Source of the DNA: Lama glama
Taxonomy: Eukaryota
Assembly (NCBI GenBank): GCA_028534125.1
Contig: CM052816.1
Span: forward strand, 84,818,001 to 84,881,920
DNA: 63,920 nucleotides
Reading direction: 5' to 3'
A model generated the notes under the pieces. The model was not told the DNA's origin, did no database searches, and saw only the letters and a program-made list of their open reading frames with translations. A program made the translations under genes and the position numbers. Numbering within the stretch: position 1 is the first letter of the stretch; each line of letters starts with the position of its first letter. Positions 42,246 to 54,242 of the stretch are shown here, in pieces.

Positions 42246-43640
42246 AGTGAGTTTAGAACATTTCCTGACACCACATACAAAAATCAACACAAAATTAATG
42301 AAAGACCTAAATGTAAGACCTGAAACAATAAAACTCTTAGAAGAAAATATAGGCAGAACACTCTTTGACATAAATTGTAGCAATATAGTTTTAGGTCTGT
42401 CTTCTAAGAGAAAAGAAATAAAAGCAAAAATAAACAAAATGTTATGATAAATCACAGAGAAAAAAATGTGACAATGAATGTGTATATGTCCATGAATGAC
42501 TGAAAAATTGTGCTGAACACTGGAATTTGACACAACATTGTAAAATGATTATAAATCAATAAAAAATGTTAAAAAAAACAACTTCTGGCACATGTTGACA
42601 AAAAATAAATATTAATTTTGCTCAAAAAAAAAAACAAATGAGACATAATTAAACTTAAAAGCTTTTGCACAACAAAGAAAATCACTGACAAAATAAAAAG
42701 ACAATCTATGAGATGGGAGAAAATATTTTCAAAGATAGAAGTAACAAAGAGTTAATATCCAAAATACATAAAGAGCTCATACACCTCGATATCAAAAACA
42801 AACAAACAAAAAAACCAAAAACCCAAACAACTCGATTACAAGATAGTCAAGACTTCTGATAGACGTTTTCCAAAGGAGACATACACATGACCAACAAGCA
42901 CATGAAAATCTGTTCAACATTGCTAGTTATCAGAAAAATGCAAGTCAAAACCACAGTATCACTTCCCCATTTGTCAAAATGGCTATCATCAAAACGTCTA
43001 CAAATAACAGATGTTAGAGAGGACATGGAAGAGGGAAACCTTGTACATGGCTGGTGGGAATGTAAATTTATATAGCCTCTATGGAAGACAACATGGAGGT
43101 CCCTCAAAAAATTAAAAATATAACTACCATATGATCCAGCAATTTCACTCCTGAGTATATATCCAGAAAAATAAAAACACTAATTTGAAAATATACATGC
43201 ACCCTAATATTTATAGTAGTACTATTTATAATATTCAAGCTATGGAAGCAACCCAAGTGCCCAACAACAGATGAATGGATAAAGAAAATGTTTTATATAT
43301 ATAAAGGAATATTTCTCAGTCATAAAAAAGAACAAAATACTGCCATTGCAAAAATGTGGATGGAACTAGAGAATATTATGCTTAGTGAACTAAGTCAGGC
43401 AGAGAAAGACAAATGTAGTATCACTTACGTGTGGAAACTAAAAAAAAATACAAATGAATGAATATGCAAAACAGAAAGAGACTCACAGATATAGAAAACA
43501 AACTAGTGGTTATCAAAGGGAAGAGGGAAGGGGGGAAAGTGAAAATAAGGGGTGTGGGATTAACAGATACAAACTACTATGTATAAAATAAATAATTAAT
43601 AATGATATATCATATAACCATTATCTTGCAATAAATTTCA
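42246..43640 (+). mobile_element. L1 ORF2 C-terminus and 3' UTR (forward segment, 3' end missing)
   Basis: Plus ORFs [34 protein letters not shown] and MTNKHMKICSTLLVIRKMQVKTT, then 3' UTR. No poly(A) at the end. Confidence 0.93.
42439..42625 (+). mobile_element. Younger 5'-truncated L1 3' end with probable 3' transduction, nested in the older L1
   Basis: Interrupts host AAAAATAAACAAA|TGAGAC. Has an L1-like tail ending AATAAAAAATGTT-A8, then 45 unique nt with their own AATAAA and a second A tract. Confidence 0.8.
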
Positions 43641-43659
43641 ACCCCCTGCCCCCAACTGA

Positions 43660-44424
43660 GATGTCAAGAAGGCAAGTCTCAGGACACCATCTCTGTGTCT
43701 TATAATTTAACACAATTCTGACACTATCTACCTAGAAATAGCATCCACAAGTTAAAGGGCTCAGTCCTACAAGACTGCCTACCCCACAGCTTCAGACACC
43801 AGCCACAAGCCCAGGCTATTACCTGTACTTCTGACCATATGGCTATAAATCAGAGGTTTCCATGACTCCCACTTTGGGTTTTATTACTTTGCTGGAGTGG
43901 CTCACAGAACTCAGAGAAGCATGCTACTTACTAGAGCACAGGTTTATTACAAAAGGATGTATCTCAGGGATAGCCAGATGAAAGAGATGTGTAGGGCAAG
44001 GTATGGTGAAAAAGCATGGAGCTTCCATGCCCTACCCAAAGTGCCACTGCCCCCAAATCTCCCCTTGTACACCAACCTGCAAGCTCTCTAAACTCTGTCT
44101 TTTTGAGTTTTTATGGAGGCTTTACTACATAGGCATAATTGGTTAAATCATTAGCCATTGGCCATTGATTCAACCTCCAACCCCTCTCACTCCCCCAAAT
44201 CAGGGGAGTGGGGCTGAAAGTTCCAACCCTGTAATCACATGGTCAGTTCTCCTGGCATCCATTCCCAATCTTTAGGTGCAGTCCAAAAGTCACCTCACTA
44301 ACTTAAGAAAAGATACTTTTATGGATCTTATCACTTAGGAAATTCCACTCATTTTAGGAGCTTCGTGCCAGAAACAGGGACAAAGAATAATTATATATTT
44401 CTTAGTGAAAGTCACAATATCACA
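43660..44424 (-). mobile_element. MER21-family LTR (one end truncated)
   Basis: CAATTCTGACACTATCTACCTAG, AGGGCTCAGTCCTACAAGACTGCC, GGCTCACAGAACTCAG and terminal TCACAATATCACA (reverse complement TGTGATATTGTGA). Confidence 0.85.
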
Positions 44425-46299
44425 CAGGAATAAATCAGTTGTTTTGAGGAGTGTTATATATAGATGGAGTCCTCAAGTATGGAGATGCATTATATTCAAA
44501 GAAGAAGAAAAGAAAATAATTTCATGGTATGTTTTTTGCAATAAGGTACTACATTTAAAATACCAAATGATAGAAAAGTTAATTCAAGCTAAAGTAACCT
44601 TGAAAAGAATAATTCAAATAATATTTTCATTTACTGTAAATTAATTTTGATGTCAATACTCTGGAAGAGGAAATAAAGTCATACTACTATAAATAATGAT
44701 GATGATGAATATTTTTGTGCAAATCTCTTTACTATTTGTAAACATTATTCTAAGCATCAAAAACTGTCTTCCACAAGGTAGAATGCTACTTATATTTGAA
44801 AACTTACAGGTAGCTATACACATGATATAAAATAATTTTCAATAGTTCCAAGGCTGAGGCCCCGTTTTCAAATGCTCCATAATCACTGTGACAATTGAGA
44901 GAAAAGCAGAGGACTCCTGAGATAGGAAGATAGTAAGCATTTTTTACTTGGCAAATCCCCCTTTCCACCTTTATCTAGAAGTAGTAAAAATAACATCAAA
45001 TAAGGCAATAGAATGTTTTGTTGGATTGTGGATTTCACACAAAACAAGTCTCTCCCTAAAGTTGGGTTTCACTGGGAAATGAAATGTATGGAACTTTAGG
45101 GATTTAAAGCTTTATTTGTGAACATTTAACTTAAACTATGATAAAATATTTTGTTTGGTTCCTTTTCCCCACTTTACATGCATTACTTTATCTCAGCATT
45201 AACAGAGAGACTTCTATATGTTTATCTAAAGGAACAAGTAGACCCGGAAAAAATGAATATAGAGGATAATGTGAACTTTATATAAAGTGTCTTTGCCTCA
45301 AGAAAACACTCTTAGCCTCCATGAAGAATTCACTAAGCTGTTCATAATCACTTGGATCTATCTAGCCCCAGACAATATGCTTTATTTCTTCTTTTTCTTC
45401 CTTTATTTGTAGATGAAGGAAGTAAAGTTCTGCATCATTTTTTTTTTTGGCTCCTTTTCTTACACTTCAAATTTGCAATTATTTAAAAACTGTGTACCGT
45501 ACATTAGCAGTGTCACATTTTATTTTGGGATATGTGAAACTGTATGTTCTAAATATGTGTTTTCCCTTTCAAGAAATGAATTTCCATAATGCACATGTCT
45601 CAGATAGGCAGCTGTATTATCTACACTTCATGGATAAGCTTCACCATTGGCGGGGGCAGGGGGGAGTGGTGATTTTATTTTTATTTTCTATTGTCAGTTT
45701 TCTTTTGAAGCATCAAATAGGATATTGATATTTTTTGGCACTTAACCTATTTACTTACTGTGACTTAACGAGCCGTTATAAAGTGAGCCGTATTCCCACC
45801 GTGCACTTCATACAACTATTACCAGAACTTCTTTTCAGAAGGATTTATCTACCAATCAATATTTTTCTTATTGTTCCATTTCCAGAAGTACTAAAGAGAC
45901 TTCTCTTCTGAAACAGGATTTGATTCTGTTATGGTTTACCCTCTCTAACAATTGTACAATGTACAACAGCAAACCTAACAGGTGGACCATCTAGTTCTTA
46001 TGATGTTGCTATGGTCACAATTATATTTGGACATTTCCAGGGAAGGTGAAAACCCCTCAATTGCATTGTCAAGTAAAAAGCAAAGTGCTGCAGAAATTTG
46101 AAATTATACTTGAAATCATTCTCTTTACTGAAAAAGAACACGTTAAGAATCAACTATCAGATATTTTAAAATTACTGTTTTTGAAAGGTTATTTTAATTT
46201 AGAGACTCAGAGACACAGATAAAAATTCATCATTAAAACTGATAAATGTAATCGGGATTCTTTCTCTTCCTTTTCTTAAACTTGGGATTTGGGTATTAA

Positions 46300-46800
46300 A
46301 ATTGAAGTAGGTAGTCGTGAATTCTGCAGGGGCTACACACAAAATTCCTCTTGAGCAACAGGACTCTTCACGTGACACATATTTTCTAAAGATGATTTAC
46401 AGGTTACAGACATGCTGTGACCTTTCTCTCCCAACTGCAAACGTATTAAGCAGAGCTGATTAACGGAGACTAAAAACACTGGGTTATTTTCTCTCATGGG
46501 GGTCTTTGACAAAACCCTCCTCTCTGAGCCCTCCCACTTCATTCGCTTGTAAATCACTATGCCTAAAGAGTCTTTACTCCCCCAGCCCCAGTCCTGGAGC
46601 CCTGCAGCGCCATCAGCGGCAATATCTTCCTATGTGAGGGACGTCTCTTATTAATCAGAAACGCTGAATGGAAACCAATCAGATAGAGAGTTCCTTTGGC
46701 TTCAGCTTCCTGCCTGTCTGAGTTAAAAGTGATGCTCGCTGGAAGAGGGAGGCATACGGAGATTCATGAAGATTCAGCTGTGAAGATACTATAAAAAGAG
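46300..46800 (+). promoter_or_regulatory. Proximal promoter of the putative CDH9 transcript
   Basis: GC and CpG content rise locally against a CpG-depleted background. Motifs: palindromic E-box TCACGTGA 46368-46375, CCAAT 46675-46679, TATAAAA 46790-46796. Confidence 0.65.
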
Positions 46801-46879
46801 AAGAGAAGGAATGAGACAGAGGCAACACCGGAATTGTCGGCACTGAGCAGAGCTAAACTCAGTTCCGCTGCTAAACAAG
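46750..46879 (+). other. CDH9: Non-coding first exon (5' UTR), probably cadherin-9; start approximate
   Basis: GTGAAGATACTATAAAAAGAGAAGAGAAGGA...GCTAAACTCAGTTCCGCTGCTAAACAAG resembles my recollection of the human CDH9 mRNA leader. It ends at a canonical donor AAG|GTAAAT (46879/46880) and lies in a CpG-retaining, repeat-free patch. Gene identity is from memory, not a search. Confidence 0.72.
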
Positions 46880-49800
46880 GTAAATGTCATTTACTTTGCT
46901 TGACAATATAAGCTCTTCAATTTTTGCCTTCTTATAATGTAGTAGTACAATTATTGCTTTTCTCCTAGTTGCTATATTTTGCTCTCTCTCTCTCAGCATT
47001 TAGAAGCAGGTAAGAATACAGTTTATAGTATTTGAATAAGATATTAAAATGATCAGGGAAAAACTTGCAATGTTTGTTTCTTGTTTTACTTTTACAAAAC
47101 TGATACCTAACAAAGCTCTTTTTATAGTGCTCAAATCTGCATACGGAGCATTATTATGAAAATAAAACTAAACTTCACATTTTGTTAGTTGATTTTGGTG
47201 GCTTTGAATTACTCACATATTAATTGTGTTTGGGTGTACTATTATATTAATTTGAAATGGACTCTGTTTTCTCATAACTTTTGTTTACATAATTTGAATC
47301 AGAAAAAATAAAGACATTTTTCATATTCTAATAAGAAATGATTTCTTTATTTTTAATATTAAAATAAAATGATACATAAATAATAAAAATAACACATCTA
47401 TAGACAGACGTAAGATGTCAGGATTATGGTGATCATTTCACCTGCTAAAGAAGGTTTCTTCACATATTTGTGGTTCTCACTCAGGTCAACATTCTGAATG
47501 TGTACATCTGTTGGCTATAATTGCTCTCCATTATTGTAGGCAAATGTATCTTAATGTAATAAGACTGGATGAAAACCACAGGAGGGAGAGTTTCAAAGGC
47601 AAAATTGGTATGCTTTATTTGAAGTAATATGGAAAATGCAGTGACTTGATGGAGCATTGTTTTTTTTTTTTTCCCTTTGCCTGCCCAATATAACGATGCA
47701 CATCGATTAAATTTTCAAGCGTGCTAAAATCAAAAAAGGCATGATGAATTTTAACTAAAAGGTTATTAATATTCTACAGCACTTACATTTAGAGACTGTT
47801 AGCAGTGTATGTTCTCAGAATTATTTTTTTAAAAAAGTGTGTAAAAGAGAAGTGATCATCTATACTAGATAAGTTCACAATTATTTGTATTATCAACTTT
47901 TATTGAGAAAGTAATGGACTAAAGATTTGAGGAGAAATTGGAGGTCTTTTCTAGAAATTTGTTGTCATTTAATATTGTGTTATATATCTATGAGATTACT
48001 AATCAGGATTTTTCACAAGGTTTTTGAAATCAATGCAGCATTAAAAAATGAGTGATTTTGTAACAACAAAAAGTGGTAACTTTTGCATGACAGAAGGAAA
48101 TCTTCATTTGGCTCTCCTTACTCATCTATGGAATCAGAAGATTTACCTATCTTCAACTATAGCTGACTAAGAATGAATTTGATCATTCAATGTTCTTAAC
48201 TTAGAAGAGTATAATTTAAAAACCTCTAGAATTCAGTAGAGGATAAATGCTATTTCCTGATTCAGACACTGCCTCATAACCTAGGCAATGCTATGTCAAG
48301 TGTAGAATACATTTGTGTAACTATGTAACTAGTTAATACAGATTTGAATGGTAGATTTTTTGAAAAACAGAGAAAATGAAATAACATGCTATTCTAGCAA
48401 ATAGCAGCAAAGAATTTGGGCTTAATATGAACAGTATGCTTTGGGGTCTTGGCATTAAATATGTTATGGATTCAACTGAAGTTTTTTAAAAGGAAGTGTA
48501 CAGAATAATTAAATGCACTTAATAGATATAGGCTGAGATACTGTCATCTCTGTATGTGTTTTGAAAAAATGAGAAAATGTAAGATAGAGCTCATAGTATG
48601 AGCAAATCTAATTCTGGAAATAAATAGAAAAACACTTCAGAGGAAGCAGACAGTAGTGTCAATTCAGAAAGAATTCACTAACTTTGAGTCAGAAAGATTT
48701 GGTAGGACTAATAAAGCAAGTCATATAAGATATTATTTTCCAAGATGGAAAATAATTTTCACTTTATTACACTATTTGACAGTTTGAAAAACAATTTTGA
48801 AATGGTTTAATTATGCCACTATTATTATATTAATTGCAAAATTGAAATAAAAACATCTTGTACTACTGCCTATGTGTAAAAGATCACGATATCAAAGTTG
48901 GTTTTGAGATTATGTTTTTAAATGTTGTGTTGCTCGACTTGATAAATTATGCTAGATCAGACGCTCTTCTGAATGTCACCTTGCGTGAAAAGATTTCATG
49001 TGTTATTTTACTGTGACCCTCATACATGTGAAGTTTAGCCAGTTTAATGTCCTTTCTGTGGTACATTTACCAAATGTGAATATAAAAGTTAACTGTAGAT
49101 TTTTTTTTTCCTACTGGGTTACCTCTTTTTAGACATCAGTAGTGATTTGAGGCAGCATGCAATCCCTACAATATTTGCACAATGTATAGGTACAACTATT
49201 CAGAATGCTTTGGACAAGGCTTAAAATTATATAACATAAAATGTGGCAATACATTGTATGCAAGAATGTATAAATTAAGGTGAGAGTTAATTTAAAAAAT
49301 ACATGTGAATGTGTCATGAATAAACATTGGCTGTAACTTGTTCTCTATGAAAGTGAACAGCCTAGGTGGATAATTATTTAGCATTAATACAAATGCTTAA
49401 ATAAAATGGACCATTAGTTTGCGATATTCTTTAAGATTAGTTTTGTTCCTTCAAAGGAAAGTCTAAATATAATGTATAAATAAATCTAACTTTAAGAAAA
49501 AGTGTGATCATTAAAAAACATTCAATGTGATATTTGAAATATTTATATTTCTCACTTCAAGGATAGTTTTATACATATTAAGCTCTCATGTATAATATCA
49601 AATCAATAGTCATATTAACCGTAGAATAAGTTTGGTTTATGGTGAGATATTTTATAATAAAAACTCTAGTTATCTTCTTAGGCATTTTACTTCTTAATTT
49701 ATCTACTTAATTAAGTTTTCTTAAGGAAGAAGAAAACACACTAAATGGGACCAGAGGACATTGGTTTAATTAGCTTTGTTTTTACCTGATGTAAATTTAT

Positions 49801-50147
49801 AAATATGATAATTTTTATTGTAGAACATGACATGTTTCCTACGGTAAAGCAATTTCTCTCTTTGTATCTTGCATATCTATTTCCCAAAATGAGTTGTGTC
49901 TTGAAATATATCCCCCAAAAGCTTCTCAATGTCTATGATATTAAATTATTTAGGTGTTTACATAAGATTCTAAAACTTTAGAAGAGAAAACATCTGATGT
50001 TTTCACAAGAAAACTGAGGTTTCGGAAGATCACATTACATAACCAGTCCTGTCAAATTGTATATGAAAAATTGGCAACATTATGTTAAAATACATCATTA
50101 TGTGGAAACATTATGTGAAAGTTGAGTCATGAAAATCATATTAGGAA

Positions 50148-50175
50148 TACACACACATACACGCACACACACACA
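50148..50175. repeat. Imperfect (AC)n microsatellite
   Basis: Read directly from the sequence. Confidence 0.9.
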
Positions 50176-50579
50176 GAGTGACTAGTTGAAAACACTGACT
50201 CCTGGATTGATTTTAACATCTTGAAAAAGTTTTTTTCCCTTATGAGTCACTTCAAACTCCTCTGCCTGGAACAACCATTATCTTCATCAGTAAAATATGG
50301 TAAGGAATGCTCAGTGAGGAGAGTGTCTTTATAGCACTCTTATACATCTTCATAGCAGTCCTAATATGTTAATGCATTTATCCCTAAATTTAGCACTACT
50401 GAGAGATGGTCTTATAGTCACATTAAGAATGCAAAGTGCCTGAATAAAAGCATGATCTCTGGAGCCTAACCAAGAAATTTTATGTTAGCCCTGCAAGAAA
50501 CACCTCCCAAAACATAAAAGTCATAATAATGGATCTTAATGCTTACGAAGAGAAAATGGAAACATCATGAGGTATTGTC

Positions 50580-50646
50580 GTGGTGGTGGTGGTGATGATG
50601 GGGTGTGTTTGTGTGTGTGTGTGTGTGTGTCTGTGTGTGAGTGTGT
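50580..50646. repeat. (GTG)n followed by (GT)n compound microsatellite
   Basis: Read directly from the sequence. Confidence 0.9.
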
Positions 50647-51277
50647 AAAATACATATTTATTTTTAAGAGAAAAGGTGGGAAAAGGAGAAGACCTGAATA
50701 TTTTCAGTGACATTTTTTTCTTTTTCTTTTATTTTCTATTCCATTACTTTGCTAATTTATAAATCAATTTCAGGAAGAATTAGTGCTTTCCTATCCTCTT
50801 GTTCTTTTTATGAACAAGATTATTCTTGGTCTTTCTAATTAATTAATGAAACACCATAGCAATGACTGTTTCATAAGTATGAGTTAAAAAGCCTGCCCTT
50901 CATATCACTTTTTGACATTAACCCTACAATTGTAAAGAATGGAGATAGCAGTGGCTAATAGTCATTGTTTGATTTTTGAGTTTAAAGATAAACATAATGT
51001 ATTGTAAGAAATAGATATAGCCAACAGAATTTACATTGGAATATGCTAAACTCATTACACTTGATGTTTTATTAACAGAGTATCCAGTGCATAATGGACT
51101 TTTTCCTCATATTTACTGAATAGGATCTTAGGAAGTTATAAAAAAACAAGAAATAATAGTTACATGAACAGTATAAGGATGACAACAACGCATAACAAAA
51201 CAACATGTAATCTAAGCAAATAAACACCAATAATTCACGTCCTGTGCCAAAAAACACCACATAAAATATACTGCTTT

Positions 51278-51405
51278 GGGGGGAGGGTGTAACTTAGTAG
51301 TAGAGTGCATGCTTAGTATGCACAAGATCCTGGGTTCAATCCCCAGTACCTCCATTAAATAGCTAAACCTAATTACCTCCCCCACACACAAAAATTTTTT
51401 TTAAT
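51278..51405 (+). mobile_element. Camelid tRNA-derived SINE (Vic-1-like), full length
   Basis: GGGGAGGGTGTAACTTAGTAGTAGAG head (A box) and GGTTCAATCCC B box. Perfect 16-bp TSD TAAAATATACTGCTTT at 51262-51277 and 51406-51421. Confidence 0.92.
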
Positions 51406-54106
51406 TAAAATATACTGCTTTTATAAACTAGGCAGTCAATCCTAAAAGTTTTCAAAGGGGGTTTTCCCCCAGACACTTCTTGATCATCTATTTTTTTCCA
51501 CCTAAACACATTACTCTAATAATTTAATGCAATTGCCAGAAATATTTTTCAAAATATTCACATTTATGTGTTATAAATACTTACTGCAAAGAATGTATCA
51601 GAAATCTAAGAAATTCAAATCTGCTTTTCACTGTAATGGTAATTAAACCACAGATGAAACATCAGAGAAAATTTACAGGTCAAATTACAAAGTAAATCTA
51701 TGTACCTGTATATTTTAATCTTTATCTATATATCTGCATCTATCTCTATTTCTGTGTATATGTATCTCTAAGTTGATCTGTGTGTGTGCACCCAAAAAAA
51801 TATATATGGAAAGTAGAAAGGAATAACACAATCAGTTATTTCAATGTATAAATGAGTTACACAGTTATTTAATTTCTTTAAATTGTTACAATGGCATAAC
51901 ATTAGACACTAAAAATCTCTTTTGTCAGGCAATTATAGATATTATATTATGAACAAATGATAAAATAGCAATTAAAACTATTTCTTTAATTTTGGAAAAA
52001 TTTAAACTCAAAGTCCACGTGTCATGCTTGACTTGGATAATTTTTTGAATACAAAGAATTAGACCTGCATTTTTAAAAATTGTAACTGGAAATAACCATT
52101 CTCTATTGAACATCTAAAAGTCTTGAAGACCTTATAAAAATGTAATCTCTTTGCCTGCTATTATGGTAGATGGGAAAATAAAGTAGGAATCAACACTATC
52201 TCAAACCATCTTAGGTAAAACTAGCATAACTATTAATAGAAAATGAGATCTTTATTATTTATTATCTGTCATATAAAATACAGAGATAGTACATTACATG
52301 GTAAAATTTTAAATTATTTGGTAATTTTCCATAACTGAGGGTCAGATCAATAGGCGTTTTATATTTCTTGTATTACTGGGTAAGTTAACTGTTAGCTTAA
52401 TTCCAAATTTTCTTTGTATTAAAATATGATACAAAGATTAAATAGCATTGCTATACATCTAATAACATATATGCAATAATTTAATAAAATAGACAAGGAT
52501 AAATATTTGTATTATTTCCATTCCTTCCAGGTTAATGTTATAACTTATCAGTAGATTATAAACCAACTATGCATGTACTAACAGAGATTGAAATAGGTTT
52601 AACTATTAGAGGAGAAACAATATTTTTTCTTCTCATAGGTACATATTGCCAGTTTATTTAGATGATGTGACATTTTATATGTAGTTTCAATTCAGTTATG
52701 CTTTTTAGTACAAAAGGATTAAATAAGATTCAGATTTGTATTTCTGACAATACTTACTCTTCTAAGGACCAAATAATTAATGCATTATTATAATAATATG
52801 TATGATTATGTATGCAAATCATACTTTGTCTGCCTTTATGTTTAGCTTAGAATTGACAGCCCTGATATAATCACTGACAATGAAGAATATTATTATCATA
52901 CTGGCAATAAATATATTTTCTTTATAATTAAAGTTAACTTTGGTCAGTTTAAAATAGGGAGTTCTATTGAAATATAAATGGCATGCCAAAATAAGTTTAT
53001 AATTTTAATGTTGTAGAGATGTTTTAGTACATTAAAATGAAGATTCTGTAAATCAGTGCTGTCTATATCTATATATTTACTTCTCTATATCTAGACAGAC
53101 AGATATATACACATGTATGATGTGTCTCAAGCTCACTACTTTGGACTGAAGACTTGGTTAAATTTCATTTTCAATAGTTAAATATGAAAGATCATTTTAT
53201 TTAATTAGGAAGGAAAGTTCTATTTTGGAAATTTTTTGTGGTTTTAGAAAATTAACAGGGTAATTGTTTTGACAGAATTTTCAAAAAATAAATATATATC
53301 AGGAAGCAAGTACTTGAGTTTATAATTACTTACACCCAAAGATGAATATGGAAACTGATGGAGTCCAAATGATACAATAAAGACTAAGAAAATGGCAGGA
53401 TTCAATTGGAGACTCAGTAGCAAAGTCACACAATAATTTAATTTAATAATGATGCTATTATGGAAGTCTGATGTCTCCCCAAATCTATGCTGCTTTTGGT
53501 TTGCTGCTAACAAATGAAGCACTGCCTTTAGGATCATTGCAGCCCTTTACTTAAACATAGGCATGGAGAGTCTTCTCCATTATACACAAGACTAAACTGT
53601 GTTTATTGGAGTCTTAAATTGAAATCAAGCTTTAAATGTATTTGGGGAGGAATGAAATGTTGTTTCAGGATAAATATGTTACTTGTATATGTCTTACACT
53701 ATATTTCAATGACCATATTTATAAATTGCTCTCTTCTAAAATTATAAGAAAATGTAGGTAAACAGCCCATTTAGAAAGAGTGTTGAGGAAATTCTACCCT
53801 AGAGTGAAAATTTTATTTAGATTATGAGTTTGGACAAACATATCCCTCAGTACTTATAAACAATATTTTGTTATATGAAATATGGACTTAAAAGCAGATT
53901 TTAGAAAGTAAGTAACTATTTGATTATATAGAATTCTATACATATTTATACAATATAGTAGCTTTCTACAAATATGTTTTATATACTATCACTGATATAC
54001 ATTTTTATTAAAATTACAGTTTTATGTCATTTTTCTAAATGTAATTACTTGATGTTTTTATTACTTTTCATCCCTAGTATTTTTGCTTGTGTCAACAGGA
54101 ACCCAT

Positions 54107-54175
54107 GGTGGGGGGCATCTAACTCAGTCATAGACTGCATGCTTAGCATGTATGTGAAGTCTTGGGTTCCATTAA

Positions 54176-54228
<53 letters not shown>

Positions 54229-54242
54229 TAATAATAATAATA
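54107..54242 (+). mobile_element. Vic-1-like SINE with internal deletion and (TAA)n tail
   Basis: AACTCAGTCATAGACTGCATGCTTAGCATG head. TSD AACAGGAACCCAT/AACAGGAAGCAAT. About 22 TAA units at 54177-54242. Confidence 0.85.

Noticed and set aside
51278..51355. tRNA-like sequence
   Set aside because: It is a SINE head: flanked by a TSD, followed by a tail, with degenerate boxes and related copies elsewhere in the window.
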